The notes beneath the pieces are model-generated. The model was not told the DNA's origin and did not search any database. It was given only the letters and a program-made list of their open reading frames with translations. DNA of 64,000 nt from Harriotta raleighana (lineage: Eukaryota), in the NCBI GenBank assembly GCA_050575255.1, contig JBNZDD010013700.1, positions 3,448,982-3,512,981 on the forward strand, written 5' to 3'. Shown here piece after piece: positions 37,063 to 49,924 of the stretch. The translations under genes were made by a program, and so were the position numbers. The first letter of the stretch is position 1. Every line of letters begins with the position of its first letter.

Positions 37063-37066
37063 TACA

Positions 37067-37290
37067 TACAATAATAATCCTTGCATTTGATATAGCATTT
37101 CCATGTCTTCTAGACGTCTCAAAGGGCTTTACAGAATATACTGTAAAATGAAATGACTGTATAGTTTTGGGAGAAATGCAGCAGCCTATTGCACACAGCA
37201 GTGTCCCACATTGAAATGAAATGACTAATTTTTTTTTGTTCTTGAGGGATTATTATCAGGCGTGTGCAGTAAGGAAACTTGCCCATGGTT
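37067..37290 (-). mobile_element. Younger DeuSINE lacking the tRNA head, tail-to-tail with the preceding L2
   Basis: ATAATAATCCTTGCATTTGATATAGC...GTAAGGAAACTTGCCC. Confidence 0.85.
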
Positions 37291-38959
37291 TGAAGTCTAC
37301 AGAAGTGGGCTCATTCCCCATATCTGATGTACATAGGTTCAGAGTAGTGTATTTTAGATCCTCACCTCACACAGAAATTCCATGAAACCTTATCGCCCAC
37401 TACCTTTTCAACTTTCTCATGAACCCCATTCTTCTGCTTTTCCCCACCACTCAGCTAATACAGGCCTGCTGTTAGTCCCTCAAGCTCTCCAAGAGAAGAG
37501 GGGAGGATTGTTAAAAGTTTACAACAGCTTGCACTTGTAAAGCACTTTGAATAAATGTCTGAAAGAGCTTCACAAATTAAGACTAATTAGAAAGGAAGTG
37601 AATGTTTTTGTAGGCAAACACAGCAGCTAATTTCTGTTGGCAATGTCACACCAACAACAGTGAGTTGAATACTGTGATTTTAATGGAAGTATTTGGAAGA
37701 ATAATATTCACAACGAGCAGTAGAAAATTCTCCTGTTTTCTTTTTTGAAATAAAATAGAGGTGGGGGATTTGTGAATCACAGGGCATACCTGACTTCAGG
37801 TTAACAGGAATATAAAGAAGTTCTGGATAGGTAAAATCTACTGGGTTTCATCTGCCAGATTCGAAATGAACAGTGTAGCATAATCCTGCCAAATGACTGA
37901 GAGGTCACTACTGTTGCACTGAGAGAAAAATAACATATGTTCATGCTATATTCTGAAGATGCTGTTTGCAGTATCAAGTGGATAAAAGAAGGGACAGATA
38001 ATAAAGTGCTCTAACCAATGTTGTATTTTGTATTCAAAGTTTCTCCGTGCAGGAGAATAGTGCGACAAACACTGACCGCCTCTGGGATCTCACCCACCTG
38101 GTCATTCTCCATGTTTAAGAGCAGACATTGAGTGCAGTGCTGAAGTGCTATTCACCCTAGGTTGGTAGCACAGATGAGTCTGATCCTGTTCTCACCCAAC
38201 ATTCACACACGTACATTTCCTAGGAAAGCACAGAGGGCAGCAATCAAGGATAAGAATGCTTGTCCGTTCCAATTAATCTATCCCAGGAAACTCAAGTCCA
38301 TTCCTCAAGCGCCCATTCTCTGATTTGAGATCAGCTGATTGAACCACGGATCTCCTCTTGTGTTTGGCTCAGAACCAAAACATGAGGGACATTCATCTAC
38401 GACTACATCAGTAAACTACAGCCAAGGTTAAACTTATAACTATGTTAAGCTGCTGGATATCCAATAGCATGATTTACAAGGTAAAAATCTGTCCGACCAC
38501 AAATCCCCAGTGCTATATGTTACTGATGACGTGCGGAGGTCTGCAGAAGTTGACCTGGCATTTTATCATTTATCACTAATGATAGTTCCATCATAATATA
38601 TTTGACCTCTGCTTTGGCAGGAGTTGGCATTCTATGTGTTACACTCCACTGCTAACTCTCTACCATAAGCGTTGTTACAATTGGGCACCAAGAACTACAG
38701 GGAAAATACCATTACACGTCAGGAATTCTGACCGTGATCTTTATGAGAACATCGCCTTTAATTTGTGAGACCACAAAGTGATTATCTACTTCATGCAAAT
38801 CCAGACACATTTCCATTCTGATATAGGTGTAACTATTACATCAGTAGTAATATCCAAACAACCCTATCCACCCATATTTTTCAGTGACATAGATGGACAA
38901 CTTCCCCAATGTCTGGAGAAAGTAGGAGTCTAATGTCCACCATATCCACTGATATCATT

Positions 38960-39130
38960 TCGGAGATGGCATCAATTTAAGATAATTCGCAAAGGAGCAA
39001 GGGAGAAGAGATTAGACATTTTATGTTACACAAAAGAGTTGGTAGAATGTGGAATGCCCTATCAGGTGTGATGGTCAAGGTGCAACAAAAGCAATAGGAC
39101 TTAATGAAGTTCAAACGTATTAAGAAAAGT
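38960..39130 (+). mobile_element. Old CR1 3' fragment
   Basis: GGCATCAATTTAAGATAATTCGCAAAGG...TTACACAAAAGAGTTGGTAGAATGTGGAATGCCCT (GH.FKI / TQRV..MWNAL-like). Confidence 0.6.
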
Positions 39131-39679
39131 TGCATCCATTCATATATAACATGGAAGTGTTATTGGTCTGTTTGATCTCGGGTTCAAACCCACACACTTT
39201 TAATTCAGAGAGCGCTGGTTTAACGGTGCTTATTGACATTAGACTTGGCAATCACCTCATCTTTCTATTTCTACCTCAAACTAGATGTGGCACCAAAGTA
39301 TAGAATAAGGCCATTCAGCCCACCGCATACTGATGGATTGGCAAGAGGTGGAGCTTTTTAAAAAAGGAAGCCATTGAACTGAATGTTGCGAATTATTTTT
39401 GCAATCAAGTTATTTTTTGATATATTCACGCAAAACCAGTCCCTGGAAACTTTACCATGTAAATGTGTGCGTTTAAAATATCAGTATTACATTCTGTAGG
39501 GCATCAAAGAAATAAATATGACTTTAAGAGAGTCAGTTTACACATGAAAGAATATTATTTAAAATTCACTGAATTCAAAAAAAATTCCCTGAGCACAAAA
39601 TTAATTCTTGCAAAGTTAGTGAAACAATATAGACTATTACTGAATTTTTATGTCTTAGCCAAAAAGAATGTTTCAATGA

Positions 39680-39760
39680 ATTACAGTATATTCTGTGAAG
39701 CACTTTGAGATGTCTAGAAGATGTGTGAAGCGCTATATCAAATGTAGGGATTATTATTAT
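39680..39760 (+). mobile_element. DeuSINE 3' tail, target of the Penelope insertion
   Basis: TTACAGTATATTCTGTGAAGCACTTTGAGATGTCTAGAAG...GCGCTATATCAAATGTAGGGATTATTATTAT. Confidence 0.8.
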
Positions 39761-40820
39761 AAAAAAAACACAGATGTTGCTGGGAAAACTCAGCAAGTCA
39801 AGCAGCATCCATGGAGAAAGGAAAGTGAGTCAACGTTTCGGGTCCACGACCCTTCATCAGAACTGGGGAGTGTTTTAGAGTGTTTTGTCCGTCCGATTTC
39901 CCGCACCTCTGCCCTCACCCCATCCCCTCCATCCCGGAATCGTGATAGGGTCCCCTTGGTCCTCACTTACCACCCCACCAACCTCAATATTNCCCGGAAT
40001 CGTGATAGGGTCCCCTTGGTCCTCACTTAATCTAAATATTCGACATGCCATCCTCAGAATCTTCCGACACCTGCAACGTGACCCATCCACCAGGGATATA
40101 TTTCCCTCCCCTCCCCTCTCCGCATTCCGAAGGGACCTTTCCCTCCGGGATTCTTTGAGTCACTCCGCTGTCAGCTCCCCCAGCTGCTCTCCTTCCCCTG
40201 GCACCTTCCCGTGCCATTGCAAGCGATGCAATACCTGCCCTTTCATCTCCACCCAAACCACTCTCCAGGGGCCAAAACACAGCTTCCATGTGAGGCAGTG
40301 ATTCACATGTACAGATTGGGAGACTGATTTGCAGAGCACCTTCACTCTGTACGGAAGGTCAACACTGATCTTCCGGTCTATCTCCATTTCAACTTGCGCT
40401 CACATTCAGAGGCTGACTTTTCCATCCATGGTCTCCTGCACTGTTCCAGTGACCCACAGCGAAAATTTGAGGAACAGCATCTCATCTAAACACCTCTTCT
40501 CCCCAGTTTCGTTGAAATCTATCCCCCCTTTTTATTTCTATACATCGTTATCACATTTTCGACCCGTCAGTTTTCACACTCCTTTTCCTTTGTCTTCTTT
40601 GTCTCCTGTGTCTTCCATGTCCTGCCTTTCCCTCCTCCCACCCCTCCAATGTCCTAAAAACCTCTCCCTCTAAAACACTCCCCAGTTCTGTTGAAGGGTC
40701 GTGGACCCAAAACATTGACTCACTTTCCTTTCTTCACGGATGCTGCCTGACTTGCTGAGTTTCCCCAACAACTTCTGTGTTTTTTTCAGATTCCCAGCAT
40801 CTGCAGTATTTTGTGTTTTG
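39761..40820 (+). mobile_element. 5'-truncated Penelope-like retroelement with an inverted pLTR
   Basis: RNRDRVPLVLTYHPTNL..IFRHLQRDPSTRDIFPSPPLSAFRRDLSLRDSL..PGTFPCHCKRCNTCPFI..GPKHSFHVRQ (RT C-terminus and Cys linker), then an RLGD.FAEHL..HFN..EEQHLI endonuclease remnant; 39761-39880 is the inverted copy of 40668-40787. Confidence 0.9.
39828..39864 (-). ncRNA. Minimal type I hammerhead ribozyme motif in the Penelope pLTR
   Basis: Reverse complement reads AGUU-CUGAUGA-A-GGGUC-GUG-GACCC-GAAA-CG-UU-GACU: core boxes intact, 5-bp stem II, stem I AGUU/GACU, palindromic ACGU stem III. Confidence 0.75.
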
Positions 40821-41308
40821 ATTATTATTATTATAAATATGGCTTCAGTATAAACCATGCAATGTGCTGTTTTGAGAATCCTGCACACTGTCAGACCAGA
40901 GGCTGAGAACTATGTGATGAGGTACTGCAACATCAAAACGTATCTGAAACTTAAAAACTTCAAATTCACTTCTGAAGCTCAACAATCATTGGAGACATGA
41001 AACTGGAATTTGCATCTGAGCAGCAATCTACGTTACTGTACTCAAATGGATGCCTCATTTTTCCCATAAAATACACAGTCATTACACTTTACGGTATATT
41101 CTGTGAAGTGTTTTGAGATGTCTTGAAGACGTGATAAGATGGTTTATCAAACACAAGGATTATTATTATAATTAGTATCCCATATAATCAAAGTTTGGAC
41201 CTGCCGACTCCAGTGAGCAAGGTGTGTGATAGTCTCCAACCCTCTCCCAAACTAGTCCAGCTTGAAACAAAACCTCCAGTTTTAGTTGTTAAGAGCTGAG
41301 TAAACACA

Positions 41309-41625
41309 CAATAATAATGATAATCCTTGCATTTGATACAGCACTTTTCACATCTTCGAGATGTCTCAAAGCGCTTCACAAATATACTGTAAAGTGATTT
41401 GACTGTATATTTGTGACTGAAAAGCAGTAATCAATTGCGCCAGCAATACCCCACAAACAGTCGTGGATTGAAATGTCCAATTTATTATTGTTTGTTTTTT
41501 AGAGATTACTGTATTATTAGGCGTGTGGAGTAAGGAAACTTGCCCAAGATTTCACCCTGCCTGGAATTGAACCCAGGTCTCTTGCTTGTAAGGCAAGTAC
41601 TCTAACCACTGAGTTACAGGAGTCC
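41309..41625 (-). mobile_element. Younger tRNA-DeuSINE, full length
   Basis: Tail and Deu core; head with anticodon arm CTTGC-CTTACAA-GCAAG and B box GGTTCAATTCC on the minus strand. Confidence 0.9.
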
Positions 41626-42728
41626 ATAGAATCTGGTTGATGTAGCCAAGGGTACCCCTCCCCCGACATACTCCACCCCACCTTGGGATATTAAGTGAAT
41701 AGAATAGAGCACATTGTGGGCATACTGTACGCAGAGTGCAGACTAGAGGAATTGACTCAACAAACTGAACAGGCATTTCTTGTATACGTTTGTATAGTCA
41801 GAACTTTAAAATCAAGGTAATGTTAAGATGGGTGATGTAGAGGCTCCCAACAAAAGGAGAGGCTGAGTGATAGAGAGCGTCCAGCAACAGCAACAACAAC
41901 ATCAACAATCAGCTTTTAAATCCTCCCTTCAAGCAGGAAAACATCTTGGAGCATTGCACACTGGTAAGGTTGGAGGTGGAGCAAGGGAGAAGTGGGAGGA
42001 GCTGGTGACCATAGGTGGGGAAGGGAGAGATTGAGTGTTTTGCTGCTCTCTTGGGCTCCAGATACCAGAACAGTCAAATGAAGAAAATGGGGGTGAAGAT
42101 ACAAACAAGAAAACTGTGAATCCAATAATAATGAAAATGTGAGGAGAAAAAGATTACTTTATTTCAACTGGCCTATCATCAATAAATAATTTAGTAATAT
42201 CTTTTTAAATCTAGCATTGGTTTTCTCGGACGGATGATATTGCAAATTCAATAGTTCGGGGGTCAGTCATGCTGATAGGAGGAACTCCTCTCTACACTGA
42301 TCTCCATCTAGAGCATAGTCAGTTGCCCTGTGTTGCGGTAATTCATTTCTTGTTATTACCAGGAGTTGCAAGTGCAATTTGCTGAAATGGGAATTGGGAG
42401 GGTGTGTGTTCTGGAAAGAAAATGTCATAACAGCTGAACGATCGCCTTCATCTGTACATTTCTCGTGATGACTCAGCTGAAAATGTTGGCTTCGTCGTGT
42501 TTCTATTTTGTTATTTGATGTTGCTCTTTAAATAGTAATCTGTGACATTTAGAGTAGGCAGATATTGTCACCAAGGCATGTGAGAGAAATGTTATGCAAT
42601 GGAAATCATATGGGCACTCCACCCTTGGTAACACAAGTGCAACACAAGTGCAACATACTAGATAGTTAGATAAGAACGTGAGCTCAAAGTTCTGATATGG
42701 AGCTTAAACTTGCAACCTTCTGACTTAG

Positions 42729-42990
42729 AACAACAACAACAAAATTACATTTATACAGTGCCTTTCAGATCGGGAGGACATCCCAAGGCGCTGGGAATGT
42801 GAGAATGTTACCATTTGAGCCAGGGCTGACACAACACACACACACATACACACACACCTTCTTATTCATGTTCCTCATCCAAACCTTTTTGTCCAGCTCT
42901 CTACTTTTAGTGCTTTTTGCATTAAAAAACTCCAGAGCTTTGGGACATCCTCTAAACGTGAAAGGCACTATACAAATATACTTTTGTGTT
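42729..42990. mobile_element. Two solo L2 tails in opposite orientation (42729-42795 on -, 42931-42990 on +) with a (CA)n tract between
   Basis: CAGTGCCTTTCAGATCGGGAGGACATCCCAAGGCGCTGG and CCAGAGCTTTGGGACATCCTCTAAACGTGAAAGGCACTATAC. Confidence 0.75.
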
Positions 42991-43615
42991 ATTCGAAGTA
43001 CCGGATCTCAGATGCCATGTTTTCCATGTTAAATTGTGAATTACTTTACATTATAATTTGTAAAACTGTGAGTTCTTAAAAACCATTCATATTGGAATGA
43101 GGAAGATAAATATGGAATGGGCCCATGGCCTACATTTAGTAAATGCTTGATCAATGTACAATACATCTTGGAATTACATTGCTCTATGTGTTCTGTTTGG
43201 CAAATTCCTTGATGTGAGATAAATCTTCTTGTTCCATTCACTAAGTTCAAAGCTAAATCTATACTTGTGTTCTTATGAACTGTTAATGCATTTTTAGCCA
43301 CTTCGATTAATTTTAGATGTCAATTATAATGTTATTTGTGTGTCAGCCTGGCTGAGTTGATAACATTCTTGCCATTGAATCAGATTGTGGGTTTGGGCGA
43401 TGAGGAGATCCACACTCCACTTCACAGTAAATCCCATCAAGCACTTTGGGTGATGTGGAAGGTTTTATAGGGGTGTATAAAATGTTATACAATTTTATAA
43501 AATTTGCAGTATTTCCATCAATGTTCCTTATTTGAAGCCACCATAAAATCCTGACTGACTACCAATGGTAATCACTGTATCTATTGACAAATGTTCTTTA
43601 AGTTTTATTAGCATA

Positions 43616-44228
43616 CTGGAACTCCTCTTTATCCATCGTCCCTCTGTCCGTTATTTCGATTATACGTCGTTTATAAAATAATCACAAAATGGGTTAATTT
43701 TCCGACAACTGTCGGAAACTTTATAAAACGTGCTCAAAACACGTGTGATCAACTGTATGGTAATGCGATGGGGGAATGCAGCTTAGCAGCCAACAGGATA
43801 ATAACAAGTGACTTCAACTGCTACAAGCAGTTTTACCAGAAGAAGAAAAAAGCAGTTCAGCAAACATTGGAGAGATTTTTTAAATGGCCATCCGCCCCTT
43901 CATCTGAATGACTCCGCCCCCGCCACTCGCCGATGCCCACTACTGCATCAACCATCTCCAATAAGTTTTCTCGTTGTTGTATTATCATTTAATTGATACA
44001 GTATTTTGGTGCTTATTAAACATTTATTTCAATTCTCAATAGTAGTAAGTGTTGTTTTTGCTCTTTATTTAATATTTGGGCAAGAATATTTAGACAAGAA
44101 TTGTACCAAGGGAATGTAACCCTATTTATATCATTACGACGATGATAATTTCGGTTTCATTATCAGTCGTTTCAGTTAAAATTGTATTTTTCAAGAACAC
44201 ATCCCCAACGTTAACTGAGGAGAAGTAG
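43616..44228. mobile_element. Putative TA-flanked non-autonomous DNA transposon
   Basis: TA|CTGGAACTCCTCTTTATCC at the left; the right end reverse-complements to TA|CTACTTCTCCTCAGTTAACG; CpG-rich interior. The TIR match is weak. Confidence 0.45.
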
Positions 44229-45159
44229 TATTTCAAAAGACCTTGCATCTGTAAACAGCTACCAAATTACATATTCATGAGCCTGCTTGCTAACATCCAG
44301 CTGATTCAGCCCATATTATTGTTTTTGAAAGGACTTTGTTAAAAATTGGCAAAGACTTTTAATGGAAAATTAATGGAATTTAAAATTTGTTTAAGCATGA
44401 ATTCTGGTCAGTTTGGGTCTTATTGCACTTCGGCAATTCAGAATTGTGAGTAATTAATTCAAAATTAGCTTCTGATTGACTCCATAGATTCAGAAAATGA
44501 ATCTAACACCGGTAGATGCCCACACAACCATTCTGTTATTCAATTTTCTCTCTGGAAAAATTCCATTGATACACACATCACACGAAGTAAAACATCTCAT
44601 ACAATGGTATTCGTCCCAGTCAGATTGACGGCTGGCACTTCCTAAACTTTGAAGCAGAGTCTATACTTTTCTGATCACATTTTCTTTAAGCTTCAGAATC
44701 TCTAACACTGGAGCAAAGCATGAAACAATAGTGGGTCAGGAGTCATGGTACAGTCATATCAGCACTTTCTTGGAAAATCACAGATGTGTGAAATGGGGGT
44801 GCAATTAAGTGTGGTTTTAAAATACAAGAACATTGTGTTGTATTGTGTAATGCAAAGCCATTATTGTGCAGCTCGGGACAAAGGTGAAGTCATTTTTGTT
44901 TCACTCTAGAGCGGAATGTTATAATCCAGGAGGCAGTCTGTGTCAAGTGCAGATGTAACATAAATTCAGTTTAGAAGCGAGAGGATGGAAAATTCTACAG
45001 CTGGCCTTAATAGACTGGAATTTGACCTACTCATGGTAACACTGCAGTTACACTCTGGAGATATACTAGCATAAAATCTCAGGGTGAAAAATGGGATGGA
45101 TCATTTCAGATGCAATATGTCATTGAATTTATTATGAATCGTCACGTTTTTCCATCTTT

Positions 45160-45720
45160 ATAAAAATTATAATTGATATGAGGCCTATTACATCAGGAGG
45201 ATATCTCAAAAAACTTCTTGGGATTTGTAAAACATAGTAACTGTGTAATTTACAGGCAAGCATACTAGCCCAATAAACAATAATAATAATTTGTTCATTC
45301 AATCCACAACCGTTTAGGACACAGCATGCGAAAATGGCTGCTTGTTTCGTCCACAAATCCAAAGTCACTTCAATTTACAGTATATTCTATGAAACGCTTT
45401 GAGACATTGTTTTGAGGATTATTTTTATATAGCCTAAATAAATACGGGGTGACCAACAAACAGCCAATCTTTTATTGCGCGAACTGTTGGCCAGGACACC
45501 AGGAGAAACTCCTTTCTCTTTTCGAATAGTATCATGAGGTCTTTAATATCTACTTGAACAAGCATATTTGGTTTTCATCTTATCCAAAGGATGGCCTCCA
45601 ACAATGCAACTTTATTTGAAGTATCAGCCTTGACTATGTGAATTCAAGTTGAATCTGGGGATTGAACGCACAACTTTCTAAATCAGAGGGAAGAGTGCTA
45701 TCAACTGAGTCAAGCTGACA
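45160..45720 (-). mobile_element. Old tRNA-DeuSINE, with a plus-strand younger SINE fragment (about 45280-45425) inside
   Basis: GGCCAGGACACCAGGAGAAACTCC...GGATTGAACGCACAACTTTCT...GAGTGCTATCAACTGAG on minus; AATCCACAACCGTTT...TTTACAGTATATTCTATGAAACGCTTTGAGAC on plus. Confidence 0.65.
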
Positions 45721-46824
45721 AACTAAAGAGTAGTTGTATGTAAAGTTGGTTTAGAAATAACCCGTAACCATCTTGATTTCCCACTTAATGATCACAAGCC
45801 AGATACTTTTCCCTGACTGTAGAGCCACATTGGGATTTGGGGTTTGGATTTAAGCTGCTTCACAGAAGTATGATTTAAAATGAGATTAAATGAAACTTCC
45901 CTAATCAGAGGTTATAACAGAGCTCACTTAGTAGAACTCTAACCTGTGAGTTAGAGGTTCTGAGCTTTTGATGCTGGACATAAAGATTCAGGGTATTTGA
46001 CTGACAACAAAAACATTAATACCAGTGGGTGGTTTATAACACACAATGTTACAAAAACATTATAGCATTTTCACCCCAACATTGCAAGTGATCAATGTAA
46101 TTTGTCCTGCCAGTAAATAATAATAATTCTTGCATTGATATGGTGTCTTGTAATGTTGTTGAAACATTTCAAAGTGCTCCACCAAATTGTTTTACTGTGA
46201 AGTGTAGTCATTGTGGTCTACCGGTGTACATTCAGAATGTTAAACTGAATTGTTTGGAAAAAGTCAAGGCAAATGACTAAGCATATATCAGTGTGGTTGA
46301 TATGAATTAAAAGTGTTGCACAGACAAATACAGGGAGCAGTGCAGCAAACCAAGAAATAGCTGCATTGGTCATTTTTCTATTTTAAAAAATTAAGTTTGT
46401 GGAAAAAAACTGTTCCGTTAACAATTACAAATTGCAACTCTTGCCAGTTGGAACAATAAGCCAAGGTTCACTGAACAAGGCCATGCCACAGACAAAGTAG
46501 AAGCATGTGCTATCTTTAGGAATTATAAGGCAGATATCGCAGTCTGATTATGTTGGCAGTGAAATTGGCCATGAATCATCAGTGGAAAACTACATTCGGA
46601 AATCCAGAACATCTGCTCAGGTTAATATTTTACAGTTTGAAACTTTTTTGGGGGTACTTTCTTTCATTTCAATTCTCTTGACTCATTTTTCTAAGTCTCT
46701 CAGCAGTCAACCATTTCCAGAACTCAATAGGGCTCAGATAATGCAATGCTTTACCTAGGCCACAGCTAGAGTATTGCATGAACATTGGATTGCCATACAC
46801 AGTGAAGCTAAATGGCAATTGAAC

Positions 46825-46980
46825 AGACTCACACACACTCTTTTAGAGAAATGCACTCTCACACACTCTCACTTAACCATGGCTCATGCACACTCTCTCA
46901 CAGACATATGCACATACAGATATGCTCACACATATATATGTCCACACAAACACTTGCATAGACATGCACTGCACAGACAG
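46825..46980. repeat. Degenerate CA-rich low-complexity tract
   Basis: ACAC/ATAC-rich sequence. Confidence 0.7.
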
Positions 46981-48279
46981 AGGAGACCAATCTCATGGAG
47001 GATATGTGATACTAAATTGAATAGAGAAAGTAAACCCAGGCCAAAGCAAAGGGCATAGGTTCAGGAATGTGAAAGCTTTATGGACAATAACAGGAATTAT
47101 TTATTTTCATTGCTCAGAGAATAATTCCCTTCTGGAACTGGTTACCAGGAAGGAATGGTTGAAGCTACAAATCTGAAACCATATAGACACTTTGATGCTG
47201 TGATAGTAAGACTGTATGGTGGAGATTATGAAATCAACTAACTTGCTTTCTTCATCCAAACCTCTCTTGTAAACTTCTGATATGTAACGTGTCCATAGTC
47301 CAACCCAGAGGCAATCAACCTTTCCCTCTGCCTGTGCTAATAGGACTCAGTATTGGACATTCAATGTGCTCCGTCAGATTCCCATCCAACCATATGGCAA
47401 GCAAAATGACCCCCCACAACACCTCCCACTGGGGGTGGGTGGGTGTGGAAAGGAATTGACCTAAACCTTGTCCTTCACTTCACAGTACAACACCTGAGGT
47501 GCACCACCACCATCATACACTCTCAGGATCTGACTTTTTCAATATTTCATCACTAGTAGAACTGCAATGTGATTTAAATATTTAGACAACAGCATTTTGC
47601 TGTATCACAACATTTAATTGAAGGCTTTTGCAGACTGGAATTTATTTTTATTGTAACCCTGGTAACAGTACAGTTATAAATATTTACCACCATTTGCCGA
47701 TCCTCTGTAATTCTGACTAATGTCTGATGAGTGAACTTAGTTGGCTGACTTTACTGTAGCTTTGACCTAACGTTCCATGTCACAAATTAGTTTTTCATTC
47801 AATGCAAATTGCTACCCACAATCCAATAGGTTTACTGATTAATCCTCTGATTTTACCAGACAGTTAGTAAATGCTTCCTGTTGAAATTTGTTGCAATTGA
47901 TTTACTTCTTGGGGGAAGTCATTAAAAGTACCTTAAACTGTAGCTGTGCAGGTTCAAAACCGATGACTCTTTAAACTGCAATTAATCCAATACCAGTTTG
48001 CAATGCTGCACTGAAGAATGCAATGACTTATTGGACTGAAGAAAGTACTGTGCTCTGAAAGTGATGTAAGTCCATTCATGGGTCATCTTTTGACTTAAAA
48101 CTCAACACTGTATCACTCTTTTCCTATTACATTTCTGATTGTAATTCCTCTACCGCTGCACAGTATCAGTTATGAATTTGCAGCAGATCAGCAGATTGGC
48201 AAGTAAACCTATGCATATGTAAAAGTAATCAGCGCCTCTTGGGACATCCTCCCGATGTGAATGGTGCTTTACAAATGTA

Positions 48280-48537
48280 ATTATGTATCGTAAATCTGTG
48301 TGCACCAAGGTCTACGCATATAAGTGTAAGCACATATCTATGTGTTTTTGTGTGACCACATATCTCTGTGTATATGTGGATATATATGAATAATGTGTTA
48401 ATGTGTGAGCATTTATTTGGTTTGGGCACTTAATCATGGTTCTGGGAACACATTTATTAGTGCATGTTCATGTGAGCACATGTCTGTGCTTGTATGTGTG
48501 AGCATGTGAATGTGTGGATGTGTGAAAAGTATCTGTA
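48280..48537. repeat. Degenerate TG-rich low-complexity tract, preceded by an L2 tail at 48229-48283
   Basis: GTGT/ATGT-rich sequence; CAGCGCCTCTTGGGACATCCTCCCGATGTGAATGGTGC tail upstream. Confidence 0.65.
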
Positions 48538-49520
48538 TGAGACTATATGCAGATGACACCCAATTATATCTTTCTGCCTCCACCCTTGATTCCAGGACCA
48601 TTGCTGTCTTGACAGACTGCCTGTCAGACATCAAGTCCTGGATGAGAGATAATTTTCTACAGTTGAATGTCAACAAGTCCACGACCCTTCGATTGTCTCA
48701 CGCTAACGCCTCAACATCTCAGACACTGAGAGCATCAACTGCCAAGGTTGCACAATCCACCTCACCAAGCCAGTCAGAAACCTAGGTGTCTTGTTTAATC
48801 CTCACTGTGTTTCCTCCCCCACATTCAAGCCACGACCCGCACTGCCTTCCCTCACCTCTGAAACATTGCCCAACTCCGCCATTAACTTAACCCTCAGGCC
48901 ACTGAAACTCTCATTCATGCCTGCATCACTTCCAGTCTCAATTAGGCCACGATTACACTTGTCGTCCTTCCCAAAACCTCCCTCCATAGGCTGCAGATCA
49001 TCCAGAATTCTGCAGCCCATGTCCTCTCCCGCTCCAAGCTCTGTGACCCCATCTCCTCCATTCTCGCCTGACTCCATTGGGTCCCCATCACTCAGAGTAT
49101 TCAATTCCAGATCCTGCTCCTCACCTTTAAAGCTCTCCATAGCCTTGCCCTACATTACCTCTGCAACATCTTAATCCTCTACCAATCTGTCCTCTCCCTC
49201 CGCTCAGTGAGCTCCGGCCTGCTCCATATCCCAGACCCACCTGCCACACCATCGGTGGGCGAGCCTTCAGCCACATTGCCACTAACCTCTGGAATTCCAT
49301 TCTGTAATCCCTCTCCCTTGCCCCCTCCCTAACCTCCTTCAAGTCCCACCTCATAACCGCCCTCTTCGGTGGTCCCATCAGTCAGCCCCCGCCCCTCCTT
49401 TCCCTCCACCTTCCCTGATCCCGACCCAGCTCGGATATGAAATACTGACTGTCCAGCACCTTGGGATATCCTTCCAATGTGAAAGGCACAATACAAATGT
49501 AATTTTATTGCTGTTGTTGT
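48538..49520 (+). mobile_element. L2 LINE 3' 1 kb (RT C-terminus to tail), frameshifted
   Basis: LYADDTQLYLS..LTDCLSDIKSWMRDNFLQLNVNKS; LQIIQNSAAHVL; LHWVPI; tail GTCCAGCACCTTGGGATATCC...GTGAAAGGCAC and (TTG)n. Confidence 0.92.
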
Positions 49521-49592
49521 TTATACATGAGTTTTACGGCATGTATATCTTTCTATAAGACTGCATGTATCCGTGTGGTTGGGTGTGTATGC

Positions 49593-49924
49593 ATAATAAT
49601 AATAATAATCCTTGCATTTGATATAGCGCTTTTCACATCTTATCAACGTCCCAAAGCGCTTCACAGAATATACTGTAAAGTGAATTGACTGTATATTTGT
49701 GGGCGGAATGTGGCAGCCAATTGCGCACAGCAGCGTCCCACAAACAGGCGTGAATTGAAATGACCAATTTTATTATTATGGTTTTTGTGGAGGGATTATT
49801 ATTAGGCGTAGGAGTAAGGAAACTTGCCCAAGGTTTCGCCCTGATCTGCCTGGATTCGAACACAGGTCTCATGCTTATAAAGCTTGTAAGGCGAGTGCTC
49901 TAACCACTGAACCACAGGAGCTCC
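49593..49924 (-). mobile_element. Younger tRNA-DeuSINE, full length, CpGs largely retained
   Basis: (TAA)n tail, GGCAGCCAATTGCGCACAGCAGCGTCCCACAAACAG, and head CCTGGATTCGAACACAGG...CTAACCACTGAACCACAGGAG. Confidence 0.92.

Noticed and set aside
39885-40301. Host zinc-finger protein CDS (CxxxCxxC)
   Set aside because: It is the Cys linker of the Penelope ORF, truncated and ending in a premature stop.
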